A stretch of DNA of 64,000 bases from an uncultured delta proteobacterium (GTDB lineage Bacteria; Desulfobacterota; RBG-13-43-22), in the NCBI GenBank assembly GCA_963711835.1, contig CAVQFQ010000005.1, forward strand, positions 32,001-96,000. Direction: 5' to 3'. The position numbers and the translations under genes were made by a program. Below, in pieces: positions 25,671 to 36,210 of this stretch. The notes beneath the pieces were generated by a model. That model was not told the DNA's origin. It did not search any database and saw only the letters and a list, made by a program, of their open reading frames with translations. Every line of letters starts with the position of its first letter. Position 1 is the first letter of the stretch.

Positions 25671-26411
25671 TCAGTCGTCAGTCACGCCGGCAAACAGATC
25701 CGTCTCGGGCTGCATGACGGACGGGTGAGTCGTCGCGGCCAGGTGGTAAAGTTCCGTCGTTCGATGCCGCATCGAGTTCTCAAACAGCGGAAAAAGCGGC
25801 GCCTGGGTCGAATGCGAACGAAACGCCTTCAGCTTGAGACTCACGAAATCGGAAATGTCGATGACTGTTGTCGCAGGCGCAAGACTGACCGGCTGCCGGT
25901 CCGGGAGCATGAAAGCGGCCGTGGCGTAGTAAAGCTTCTGAGTTCGATGCGCTGCCAGCCCTTCAGCCAGCTGTTCGGGATAACGGTTCGTGCGCCCCGC
26001 CCAGTGATACGCCATGGTCCCGAAAATGCCGGCCATCGAATGGTCGGGGTGGCCGGTGACCGCGCCTTCCGGCCCCATCGTCAGAATCACGTGGGGCCTG
26101 ATCCGGCGCACGCGCCGCGTCAGGTCACCCACGACCGCGTAGAAATCAAGGCAATCCAATTTCCCATCAGGGTAATCCAGTGCCTGGCAGTCGCCCACCC
26201 GGAGCAGCCTGCAGGAGGCAGCGAGCTCGCGCCGACGCACTTCGGCGAGTTCCTGATCGGAGCGGGCGCCTCCCCGATGGGTTGCGGCCTGTCCCGGAGT
26301 GAGGCAGATCAGAAAGGTTTCGACTCCCCGGGAACGAACAAGAGGCAGCACCCCGCCGAAAGCGCCCGCCTCGTCATCGGGATGTGCCGTGATGCAGAGC
26401 AATCTCAACAT
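25671..26411 (-). CDS. PIG-L family deacetylase
   Basis: AHPDDE and GHPDH motifs, HSTQ. Confidence 0.9.
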   Translation of the reverse strand: MLRLLCITAHPDDEAGAFGGVLPLVRSRGVETFLICLTPGQAATHRGGARSDQELAEVRRRELAASCRLLRVGDCQALDYPDGKLDCLDFYAVVGDLTRRVRRIRPHVILTMGPEGAVTGHPDHSMAGIFGTMAYHWAGRTNRYPEQLAEGLAAHRTQKLYYATAAFMLPDRQPVSLAPATTVIDISDFVSLKLKAFRSHSTQAPLFPLFENSMRHRTTELYHLAATTHPSVMQPETDLFAGVTDD

Positions 26412-26581
26412 GAAATCAAAGTACCGTGACGTCGTAACGACATCAAGTGCGGTGAAAGGGAGAGATTCCAAACTTCCCGCAAGAGCCTTGGATTCGAGCA
26501 GGAGGTTTTACTATTACCGCCCACACTTGAACCTAATCCATTCGGGCCGCATCATCTTCTTAGTCGGAGGATAGAAGATTC

Positions 26582-28490
26582 GTGACCCGTAAAATCTTCG
26601 TCATGGCAGCTGGGAGTGCTGTCGCGCTCCTTTGCTCCGTCGGATTGCTGATTGCTCAAACCCAGGTCCAGACAAAATCTTTCGCCGCTGCACCGGGAGA
26701 CACGGTCGTCGTGCAAAACGATTTTGGCCGGGTTCGGATTCGAGGCGTCGACAGCTCGGAAGTCCTGGCGCGTCTGGAAATGGTCTCGTCGGGCAAGATC
26801 CAGCCGGATTTTCTCGTCGCAACGCAGAAAAACGGTCGGGAGATTTACCTCTACTCGTTTTTTTCGGGTCAATCCCAGGAAGCCGTCAATCTCGAAATCC
26901 AGGCGCCCAGGTTTCTGAACGTCGTGGTCTGGGGTGCTAATCCCGAGATCGAAATACAGGGAATACAGGGTTCGGTGCGGGTTCAGAACATCACGGGGAA
27001 TATCACCCTCTACGACCTCTCATCCTCAGTCTCGGCCAGTTCAGATCGGGGCGACATCGCCTATCATGCGGGCACGCAGCCGCGCGGCGACGTGCGCATT
27101 GAATCCACAAACGGGAATATCCGCTGCGACTGGCAAATAACCTCAATCTGCGGGCATGGTTGCGCGCCGGTGGCGCTGTCTCCTGGGACAAGGAATCCGA
27201 AGAGCGCGGAACCTGGATCGAAAAGCAGCTTGGTTCGCTTGGCCCGCTGATAAACGCCGTCAGCCTGAACGGCAACGTCAGGGCAACCTTGAGCCCACCA
27301 GGGAGCCGGCCTGCGCCGTTGCCGACTTCAGTCCCGCGGCAGGGTGCGAGTTCCGAACCCAATTCGCAGGCAAAGACTGCTACGAAGATTCCACCGCCGG
27401 AAATACCAAAGGCTGCTCCGGCTCCCGCTCCTCCAGCCGACGTCCCCCAATCGACAACCGCCACACCCGGCGGGCCGGGCGTGGCGATCAAGGTCAGTGT
27501 CGACTCGGTTTTGTTGAACGTGTCGGTTCGGGATCGTTACAGCAACAGAAGCATCGCCGGGCTGGCAACAGGACGACTTTCGGGTTTATGAAGCACCGGC
27601 GTGCCCCAGGAGCTCCAGCAGCTCTTGACCACGGACGCGGCCTTTCAACCTCCTGCTCCTGATGGATGTAAGCGGCAGCACGCAGTCGTTTATCCACCTG
27701 ATCGAGACAGGCCGCCACTCAATTTACTCAGGAAATCAATGAGAATGACAAGATCGCCGTTGCGGAATTCAACTCCGACGTGCAGTTGCTGCAGGATTTC
27801 ACGAGTGACCGGAGAGCCGCCGAAAGAGCCATCTCGCGGATTAAATCCGGCGGTGGTACGGCTTTTTACGATGCATTGATGACCTGCATCGATCAGTACA
27901 TGCGCAATATCGAGGGGCGCAAGGCAATCGTGGTTTTCACCGACGGCGTGGACAATCAGCTGATGGGCAGTGGAGGACAAGGTTCGCGGACCACCTTTAA
28001 TCAGCTCTATCGCAGGATTCAGGAGAGCGACACGATCGTATATACGATTTTTCTCGACAGCGAAGGCCAGTTTCCCGGTTCGGGTCGCAATACGGGAGGC
28101 TGGCCGGGCGGGGGTGGTCGATTCCCCAGAGGTGGCTTGGGACTGCCGATTCCATTGCCTCTGCCGATACCGGGCCCTACCGGAAATCCCTATCCCGGCG
28201 GCAATGAAAGAACTGCTTACGAGATTGCTCGAAAGCAGCTGGAGGAAATCGCCGAACAGACCGGCGGCAGAAATTATTCGCCGCAAAGGGCAGAGGATCT
28301 CTCGGGGGCTTACTCGCAAGTGGCCGACGATCTCAGGATTCAGTACCTGCTCAGCTACGCGTCTTCCAACCAATCGCAGGACGGGCGCTGGCGAGCGATC
28401 CGAGTTGAGGTCAGGGATCGTCCCGAGGCCGTTGTCCGCACGCGCAAGGGTTACTTCTCAAGAAAGGGCACGGCGGCTTCGTCAGGATAA
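26582..28490 (+). CDS. Secreted DUF4097-like + VWA domain protein (several frameshifts)
   Basis: Signal peptide, adhesin-like beta repeats, Pro-rich linker, GGTAFYDA, RKAIVVFTDGVD, IAEQTGG, VRTRKGY. Confidence 0.75.
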
Positions 28491-28759
28491 CAGTTCTTGC
28501 TGTTTTCGAAGCAGCCTTCCATGCGCGGGGGCGCGCACCCACGGCGCATGAAAATGCTATGTGACGACGTTTGCGATGAAACAGGTTGCAGAGCTTAATC
28601 GAAAAACGAACAACTGTCGCTGGGTGTTTGGAAAAGCGCCGGCGGGACGCCGGCGACGCCGGCGTCCCAGGACTCCGCACATGGCGACTTCGGCTTATTC
28701 GTGCAATTGGTGCAATTAGTGGCAAAGAATTCGTGCGAATTCGTGGCACGAATCAGGTC

Positions 28760-29158
28760 TTACATCGTAGGGCTGCCCTTGCCCTGAATGGTCTCGCCTT
28801 CCACTTCTTCAGCACACTCCAGGCAGTGGGTCGCGTATGGGATGGCTTTCAGCCGTTTTTCACCGATCTCTCTGCCGCACCGTTCACAAATCCCGTAAGT
28901 GCCCTCGTTCAATTTTCGTTCGGCTTCGGCCATCTGAGTCAGCTCCGCCGAGCGAATGTCGATCAGTCTGACTCCGACCGTTTGCAGAACATCAAGAATG
29001 GACATATCCGCACTGTCCATGCCTCGATCCAATTCAGCCCTGTAATCCTGACTGAGATTCGCAAAGATGTCTCCATGAATCTTGGCCCACACCTCTTGCC
29101 GGCTCTCATGCAGCAATTCCCGGAGTCTTTGCTGTCTTGTCTGGTTTGCCACTGTCAT
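28760..29158 (-). CDS. TraR/DksA C4-type zinc finger protein
   Basis: GTYGICERCGREIGEKRLKAIPYATHCLECA. Confidence 0.88.
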   Translation of the reverse strand: MTVANQTRQQRLRELLHESRQEVWAKIHGDIFANLSQDYRAELDRGMDSADMSILDVLQTVGVRLIDIRSAELTQMAEAERKLNEGTYGICERCGREIGEKRLKAIPYATHCLECAEEVEGETIQGKGSPTM

Positions 29159-29967
29159 TTTGCCTTCTCCTTCGGCGCGAGTGAATCGTCCCCTGTGTCC
29201 CACATACGCCGCAGGAGGTCACGGCTGTATTCGAGGTAATGCCTGTTGGGTGAAAACACCTCGAGCGTGATGGTGCCGTCATACCCGCAACCTTTCAGTG
29301 CCCGGATGATCCGGGGCACATCGATGGTGCCTGCTCCCAAGGGCAGGTGCAGGTCATCCCTGCCTCCCTTATTATCGTGCAGGTGAACGTGGCGCAGGCG
29401 CTTTCCATATGTATTGAGGATCGTCTCAGCATTATTTGGAATCGGGCACAGATTGCAATGCCCTATGTCTAGATGCAATCCGAGTTCCGGAAAGGCTTCA
29501 AGCAGAACGCCCAGGTCCGCTGCCGAGTTAAAGTCGTCGCCGGGTATGTTTTCGACCATGATCCCGACCCCGACTCTGCGCCCGTGAGCCAGAAGCTCTT
29601 CGAGGGACTGCAGGTTCTTATCCATGAAGAACTTCTTGGAATGCAGCGGGCTGTGGCTATCGGGATGAACATTCATCCAGCGGGCGCCGGCCTGGGAAAA
29701 AATGTCCAGACATTTGCGGCATTGCTCGACGGCCGTTCTGCGAATTTCTTCGAAAGCGTTTGCGATGGGCAGGTAATAGGCAGTGTGTCCGATGACGCCC
29801 AACCTGTGACGGGCAAGCGCTGCGCGCAACTTCGACGGATCCACCTGCCACGGCGCGGCACGCGGGGGTTCCAGGGTCAAGTCCAGGAAGTCCAGCCCCA
29901 TCTCAGACATCCACTGAATCTCTTCAGTGATCTCGGATGCCGGATGGTTCATGGCGCCGATCAGCAT
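29155..29967 (-). CDS. Sugar phosphate isomerase/epimerase (TIM barrel)
   Basis: VENIP, LDIGH, HVHLHDN, DLHLPLGAGTID, ITLEVF. Confidence 0.85.
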   Translation of the reverse strand: MLIGAMNHPASEITEEIQWMSEMGLDFLDLTLEPPRAAPWQVDPSKLRAALARHRLGVIGHTAYYLPIANAFEEIRRTAVEQCRKCLDIFSQAGARWMNVHPDSHSPLHSKKFFMDKNLQSLEELLAHGRRVGVGIMVENIPGDDFNSAADLGVLLEAFPELGLHLDIGHCNLCPIPNNAETILNTYGKRLRHVHLHDNKGGRDDLHLPLGAGTIDVPRIIRALKGCGYDGTITLEVFSPNRHYLEYSRDLLRRMWDTGDDSLAPKEKAK

Positions 29968-29990
29968 GTGGTCTCCTCCCGAGTGGGCGG

Positions 29991-30740
29991 TCACTTGTCC
30001 GGCCAGTGCGGGAAATCCTCGCCAAACCAGGGACGGGTGTCCAGCAAGTGCGAACGGCTGCCACACTCCCGAGTTTCGCGGCGCGTGATGCCCAGTGCGT
30101 CCCAAAGCCACCGGGGGAACTCATCCGCGCGGTCCGGGCACAACCAGGAGAACAGCGTCACCACGGATGCCAGGACCGGCGTGTCGTCGTGGGCCCGCCA
30201 CAAAAGGTGTTGCCAATCAAGTGCGGCGCCGGTGTGATACAACAAATTCATCACGTCAGGCCAGTCGCAACGCTCCCGCTGCATGACGTACATTTTGCCC
30301 CAGATCAGCTCTTCCGCCGGCAGGATCTTCAACCGATGGCCCCGGATCTCGACTGATGGACCACGGGTTAGCCAATGGGTGTCGGCCATCGAGCGCCGGT
30401 TCGGCATGCCCCAGATAATGTCTACGATCATGCCAGATGAGTATCCACGGTAGATCCAGCCTCGGTCATATGGAAGTTTCGAATGATAATCTTCCAGGCC
30501 GCAACTCGTCATGACCTTGATCATCGATTCCCGGTCTTCGGGCAGGACATAGATATCCAGGTCCTTGGTGTTTCGCAAGTGGCCGGTGTAAGTGGCTAGC
30601 GCAAAAGCACCTCCGAGCGCGAAGGGGGGACCGGAAGCAGCAATTCCCCGAATCACGCGTTCGTAGACTTCCCATTCTTCATCCGGCACCGACTCCGCCC
30701 AGATTGCCGGTTGTATCTGCATCTCTTTCGTTTGTTTCAC
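29991..30740 (-). CDS. Nucleotidyltransferase family protein
   Basis: FALGGAFALATYTGHLRNTKDLDIY Pol-beta NTase motif. Confidence 0.8.
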   Translation of the reverse strand: MKQTKEMQIQPAIWAESVPDEEWEVYERVIRGIAASGPPFALGGAFALATYTGHLRNTKDLDIYVLPEDRESMIKVMTSCGLEDYHSKLPYDRGWIYRGYSSGMIVDIIWGMPNRRSMADTHWLTRGPSVEIRGHRLKILPAEELIWGKMYVMQRERCDWPDVMNLLYHTGAALDWQHLLWRAHDDTPVLASVVTLFSWLCPDRADEFPRWLWDALGITRRETRECGSRSHLLDTRPWFGEDFPHWPDK

Positions 30741-31153
30741 AGGAATATTCCCTGGGTGGGGCTTTAGTGGTGAAGCAACCCCTGAGCCATTGAGCCGCTT
30801 CCGGGGGGTGAGACCAAAAGTAAGTCATTTATAACTGCCACTTATGTTGATATGGGTCCCCGAAAATTTGCTTATTTTGCATTTGCCGTCTCGGGGAGGA
30901 TTTCCCATCAGGGCTCGGTCCTGTAAAATTGGCGCATTGAACAGGGAGTGGACCTTCGAGATTCTCTGAGCCCTTTGAGTCCTGGAGGTGTGGCAGCCTC
31001 GTCTCAAAGCCCAAAATCCTCGAAGAGGCTCAAAGCAGTTAAGCGGCTATTTTCAGAGCAGCCTTCCATGCGCGGGGCGCGCACCTCAGGCATAATTTTG
31101 GCTTGACATAGACGCGACGCGAAGGAATTCTGTTCGCTCACTGGCCGAATTCG

Positions 31154-32302
31154 ATGCTCCAGACTCGTGTTTTCCCTTTGTTTCACCGAAATGCCGCAAG
31201 GAGCGGGATTGCCGTCGTTATCTGTGCCTGCATCATCGCAGCCCTTGCATCGCAAAACTTCCTGGCCATGCACAGACAGGATGTCATCGTGCCCGGTCCG
31301 GGAGTCACACAAACCGTTCCTCTCTCCAGTTATTTCCCCGGATTGTCCAAGACACCTGGCGATACGCCGGTCTATGTCATGAATGGCCAAGTCCCGGGTG
31401 GAACGATCCTGGTCTTGGGCGGCACGCACGGAGATGAAACGGCAGGTTATCTTACCGCCATCCTCCTGATAGAGCAGGCACGGGTCCGGGCGGGACGTTT
31501 GATTGTCCTGCCCCGCGCCAACGCCAGCGGCTTCACCCACAGCATGCCACAGGAAGCGCACCCGCAGCGCATTCAGGTCAGAACGGTGCGCGGCAGCCGG
31601 ACCTTTACTTGCGGCGCCCGCGTAACGAATCCGATCCACCAATGGCCCGATCCCCAAGTCTACACGCTCGCGGGATCACGCCAGCAACTCTCGGGAATCG
31701 AGACCAGAAATCTCAATCGGGCGTATCCGGGCCGCCGGGACGGCTCGTTGACCGAGCGGATCGCCTACGCCATCACGGCACTGATAAAGCAGGAAAAGGT
31801 CGATCTGGCCATCGATCTGCACGAGGCCTCCCCCGAATACCCCGTCGTAAACACGATTGTGTCGCACGAAAAGGCGATGGACCTATCCGCAATCGTCAAC
31901 ATGAACTTGCAGGCTAAGGGGATCCCCATCGGACTCGAAGCATCGCCCGTGAACCTGCGCGGGCTGTCCCACCGCGAGTGGGGCGATTCGACCGGGACGC
32001 TCTCGGTCCTGATTGAGGCAACGAATCCGGCGCAGGGCCGGCTCCGAGGCCGCACTTCGGAAGAACTCGTGACGCTCGGAATGGATAGATTCTACGTCCT
32101 TGCTTCCGGCCGCCACAAGCTTTCGGTGCCTTTCCCCGAAAGCGGGTGGCCTCTGGCGAAGCGGGTAGCGCGGCATCTCGCGGGAGTCGCCGAATACGCC
32201 GGCAGCCTTGGCGACCTGTTTCCCGATAGGCCGGTCGAACTGGTCGATGTACCAGAATACGAAGCCGTTGTCGCAAATGGATTCGGAAGATACCTGAGGT
32301 GA
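31154..32302 (+). CDS. Succinylglutamate desuccinylase/aspartoacylase (M14-like) deacylase
   Basis: GGTHGDE, RNLNRAYPG, DLHEASPEY; N-terminal hydrophobic anchor. Confidence 0.82.
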   Translation: MLQTRVFPLFHRNAARSGIAVVICACIIAALASQNFLAMHRQDVIVPGPGVTQTVPLSSYFPGLSKTPGDTPVYVMNGQVPGGTILVLGGTHGDETAGYLTAILLIEQARVRAGRLIVLPRANASGFTHSMPQEAHPQRIQVRTVRGSRTFTCGARVTNPIHQWPDPQVYTLAGSRQQLSGIETRNLNRAYPGRRDGSLTERIAYAITALIKQEKVDLAIDLHEASPEYPVVNTIVSHEKAMDLSAIVNMNLQAKGIPIGLEASPVNLRGLSHREWGDSTGTLSVLIEATNPAQGRLRGRTSEELVTLGMDRFYVLASGRHKLSVPFPESGWPLAKRVARHLAGVAEYAGSLGDLFPDRPVELVDVPEYEAVVANGFGRYLR

Positions 32303-32305
32303 TCA

Positions 32306-34000
32306 ATGCACAATCGAAAAAACCTGAATCGTAACGGCACGCTGTTCCATGGGAGCGCCCCTCTCTGGCTTCTCTGCGCCGCGATCCTTGTGGTCTTCAG
32401 CGCATCTGCCTTCGCACCCGCGGATCAGGGCACGACCAGGAATGTCCAGGTTGTGGCCGAAAACGGCATGGTCGCCTCGGCTCATGCCCTGGCATCGCAG
32501 GCCGGCGTGGAAATCATGAAGGCGGGAGGCAACGCAATTGACGGCGCGGTCGCCGCGGGATTCGCCATCGGTGTCGTGGAACCGAATGCGAACGGCATCG
32601 GTGGCGAGGGCGTGATCGTTATCTACAAGGCGGATAAAAAGACGGCGATTGCCGTTGACTACCGATCCGCGGCGCCTGCGGCGGCAAAATTCGCATCTGC
32701 AATTCCATCAACCGGCCATGCCGCGGTCGCGATTCCTGGGACGGTTGCCGGGCTGACGGCTGCTCTTCAGCAGTACGGCACGATGAAACTCGACAGGGTG
32801 CTGGCGCCCGCAATCAGGCTGGCCGAACAGGGATTCACGATCAGCCCGACCCTTGCCGGCGCGATCTCCGATAATTTCGAGGAGATCATGAAAAACGACT
32901 CGTTGGCCTCCATTGTCTGTCCGGAAGGACTCCCGCTCGAAGCGGGCGCGACTCTGAAAAATCCCAACCTCGCCCGCAGCCTGCGCAAAATCGCTGCAGG
33001 AGGCCCGGATGTGTTTTACCGGGGCGAACTGGCCGAGGCCATCACGACGGAAATGGCGGCGCGCGGCGGCTTCATTGCCAAATCGGACCTGGCGGATTAC
33101 CGGGCCATAAGCCGTGAACCCGTGCGCGGAACCTATCGCGACTGCTCGCTTATTTCGGCGCCGCCTCCGGTCGGCGGAACTTCGGTTATCGAAATCCTGC
33201 AGATCCTGGACCACTTCGATCTTGCCAGGAATCCGCCTTTTTCGGCGGCCAACGTGCATCTGATGGCCGAAGCCATGAAAAGGGGCTTTTCCGATTTCAG
33301 CGCCTACATCGCCGATCCAGGTTTCGTAAAGGTACCTTTACCCGGCCTGCTCTCCCGGTCTTATGCGAAAGCGAGGGCAGCGGAAATTCAACCGGGCATG
33401 ATCACTCCAAAAATCACGGCCGGAGAACCGGATAAACCCGGAAGCGGCAGCACGACCTCCCTTTGTGCCATCGACAGGCAGGGCAATGTGGTCGCGATCA
33501 CGCAGACGATCTCCGATTTCTTCGGCGCGAAGGTTGCGATCGCAGGCACCGGAATTATCCTGAACAATGAAATGAAGAACTTTTCATCCAGGGGCATCAA
33601 CGCGATGGCGCCGGGAAAGAGAATGCGGACTACGATCGCCCCGACAATCCTGCTCAGAGACGGAAAGCCGTTGGCGGCAATCGGCACCCCGGGGGCCGCC
33701 CGCATCATCTCCACCATGGTGATCCTGATCTCCAACCTGATCGATCACAAGATGGGGATCCAGGAAGCCATCGAGGCGCCGAGATTCTACGCCCGCGACA
33801 CTGATAAATCGCTATATGTGGAAACCCGATTGCCGCAGGAGACTTTGGCCGAACTGACCAAGCTTGGTTATGCAATCCAGAAACAGGGCGAGTATGATCT
33901 GTTTTTTGGCGGCGCGCAGGGGATTGTCATCGATCCCGCGACCGGGAAGAAGATCGGAGGCGCGGACCCACGCCGGGACGGTGTTGTGGCGGGATTCTGA
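32306..34000 (+). CDS. ggt: Gamma-glutamyltransferase
   Basis: GGNAIDGAVA, autocleavage Thr GSTTSLCAID, GIILNNEM, GGADPRRDG; signal peptide. Confidence 0.93.
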   Translation: MHNRKNLNRNGTLFHGSAPLWLLCAAILVVFSASAFAPADQGTTRNVQVVAENGMVASAHALASQAGVEIMKAGGNAIDGAVAAGFAIGVVEPNANGIGGEGVIVIYKADKKTAIAVDYRSAAPAAAKFASAIPSTGHAAVAIPGTVAGLTAALQQYGTMKLDRVLAPAIRLAEQGFTISPTLAGAISDNFEEIMKNDSLASIVCPEGLPLEAGATLKNPNLARSLRKIAAGGPDVFYRGELAEAITTEMAARGGFIAKSDLADYRAISREPVRGTYRDCSLISAPPPVGGTSVIEILQILDHFDLARNPPFSAANVHLMAEAMKRGFSDFSAYIADPGFVKVPLPGLLSRSYAKARAAEIQPGMITPKITAGEPDKPGSGSTTSLCAIDRQGNVVAITQTISDFFGAKVAIAGTGIILNNEMKNFSSRGINAMAPGKRMRTTIAPTILLRDGKPLAAIGTPGAARIISTMVILISNLIDHKMGIQEAIEAPRFYARDTDKSLYVETRLPQETLAELTKLGYAIQKQGEYDLFFGGAQGIVIDPATGKKIGGADPRRDGVVAGF

Positions 34001-34035
34001 CTCGCCGCCGGCCGCGATCGTGAGACGCGGTAATC

Positions 34036-34626
34036 ATGAATAGACGAATCGGCATTTCCGAAGGGACGCTTTCTATGCATGGATTCCACAGACTGTTTTT
34101 TCTTATTGTCGTGATCTCGCTGGTGCCGGCGGCCGGTACCGCCCAGAACTTTTCAACGCCGGGATTGATCACCTCGATCGGCCAGAGTTCGGATCTGGCC
34201 ATTGTCAAGGCTCTGCTCAATACCAGGCTGAAGCTTGGTTTCGAAGTGAACGCGCTCGCCAAGACACCTGATCTCGGTAATGCCAAAACGCTCATCATGG
34301 TCATGGGCGCCAGCACCAAAGGCCTGGGCAGCGCGGGTATCAACATGGATCAGGAAATGGAGCGCACGAAGGCATTGCTGAAAGCCGCAAAGGAAAAAGG
34401 CATTCGCATTCTGACCATGCATGTCGGCGGGGAAGCGCGGCGCGGAAAATCCAGCAACGACCTGATCGAGGTTGTCGTCCCGGAATCGAATCACGTCGTC
34501 GTCGTGGCCGCAGGCAACAAGGACAAGTTGTTCAACACGCTTGCATCCAGGCGCAACATCCCGGTCATCGAGGCGGCGAACCTGGCGAGTGCGGGAGACG
34601 TCGTCAAGTCCCTCTTCGGCAGATAG
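34036..34626 (+). CDS. DUF6305-like exported protein
   Basis: LITSIGQSSD, GASTKGLGSAGI, HVGGEARRG, GNKDKLF; signal peptide. Confidence 0.72.
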   Translation: MNRRIGISEGTLSMHGFHRLFFLIVVISLVPAAGTAQNFSTPGLITSIGQSSDLAIVKALLNTRLKLGFEVNALAKTPDLGNAKTLIMVMGASTKGLGSAGINMDQEMERTKALLKAAKEKGIRILTMHVGGEARRGKSSNDLIEVVVPESNHVVVVAAGNKDKLFNTLASRRNIPVIEAANLASAGDVVKSLFGR

Positions 34627-34643
34627 TTCGGTTGTGTTTCGCA

Positions 34644-35967
34644 ATGGTCAATCCGATGGGATCGCTGGCCGGCAACTGGGCGGAACCGCTGACGTTCGGC
34701 CTGATGCTGGCATGCTTCGGGCTGCTTGCGACCATCACGCGCTGGCCGATCGGCCTGGCGCTCCTGATTGCCGCCTGGCTGGGAGCTGCCGTCAACGGCG
34801 AATTTCTTCCGCTCCGGCATCTGGTCGAAGGCGGCTTTTCCTACATCGACCCGATCCTGGTGATCGCATCGGCGATGATTTTCATGCGCATTCTCGCTGA
34901 TGGAGGGGCTTTAAACGCCATCGGCCAGGCCGTTGAGCGGCGCTTCGGGGCACGTCCCTGGTTGCTGCTCCCCGTCCTGATGCTGATCGTGATGTTTCCC
35001 GGAATGATCACGGGGTCCTCGACCGCGTCGGTCATCACCACAGGCGCGATGGCCGCCTCCATCACGTCAGGCCTGGGACTCTCGCGCGAGCGCACGGCCG
35101 CGATCATAGCACTCGGTGGCGTGCTGGGCATGGTTGCGCCCCCGGTGAATATTCCCGCCATGATCATCGGGGGCGGCATTGATCTGCCCTATTCGGGATT
35201 CGACGCCCCGCTCGCAATCGCTTCGTTTCCGCTCGCAATTGTCATTGTGTACGCCCTTGCCTGGCCGGTCCTGCGCCGCCGTGGGATGAACGGTCGGATT
35301 TCAGGAAAATCCGTCGTCGTCGCGGATGAGCCGCCGCACACCCGGAAGGTTTCGCTGGTGCGTGCGCTTGCGGCGCCTGCGGCTGCAGGTCTGCTGATGC
35401 TGGCTCCTCGCCTGGATCCCCATCGCCTGCCGGACTTGGGGCTTCCCTTGATGTTTCTGGCCGCCGCCATTCTCGCGGTCGCGCTTCTTCCGAAGTTCCG
35501 GGTTTTTCCTTCAATGCTTCAGGCCACGGAAGAAGCTCTCCCCGTGCTGGGGATTCTCTGCGGAGTAGGCGCATTCATCCAGGTCATGACTCTGACCGGA
35601 GCCCGCGGGTGGCTGGTCTCCTTGATGACCGGGGCTCCGCCCTGGGCGCTCTATGCCTCGGCAGGCATCAGCATCCCGCTCTTCGGAGCCGTCTCCGCGT
35701 TCGGATCGGCCTCAGTCCTTGGAGTGCCTTTTCTGCTTGCTCTGCTTGGCCGTGATGAGACTGTCACGACAGCCGCGCTTTCGCCTGGCAGGATTGGGCG
35801 ATCTGATGCTCCCGGCGGCGTTGGCTGCCACTCTTGCATCTCAGGTCGCGGGGGTGCGGGATCGCATGCGGGTGCTGCGCCTGTGCGTTATTCCGGCGCT
35901 GTTGATCGTTGCCTTTGCAATCATAATGCTGATTTATGCTCCCGTTCTAGGGAGATGGCTGAGATAG
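34644..35967 (+). CDS. TRAP transporter large permease (DctM-like); frameshift at ~35785
   Basis: Multi-TM, FPGMITGSS, GMVAPPVNIPAMIIG; C-terminus continues in the 35653-35967 frame. Confidence 0.78.
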
Positions 35968-36034
35968 AAGCTGAACTGAAATCGGCTCCGGGGAGGTCAT
36001 TCCCTCCGGCTGACGGCCCCGGCCAGGATCGAGG

Positions 36035-36185
36035 ATGAAGACGATGCTGCCAGTCTGTCGGTCTGACCGGATTGATCGCCACGCTTGTTGCCGCGGTGAC
36101 CGTGCGCGAGCGCAACCTCGGGCGCCAGATTACCGGCGGTACGGTCCTCGTCCTGCTTCTATTGCGGTTATTTCTGGTAAAGTGA
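36035..36185 (+). CDS. Small two-TM membrane protein (one frameshift)
   Basis: RBS gagg; GLIATLVAAVTVRERNLGRQITGGTVLVLLLLRLFLVK; absent from the ORF track. Confidence 0.5.
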
Positions 36186-36210
36186 AACCTGCAAGGAACT
36201 GGATGGTTCT

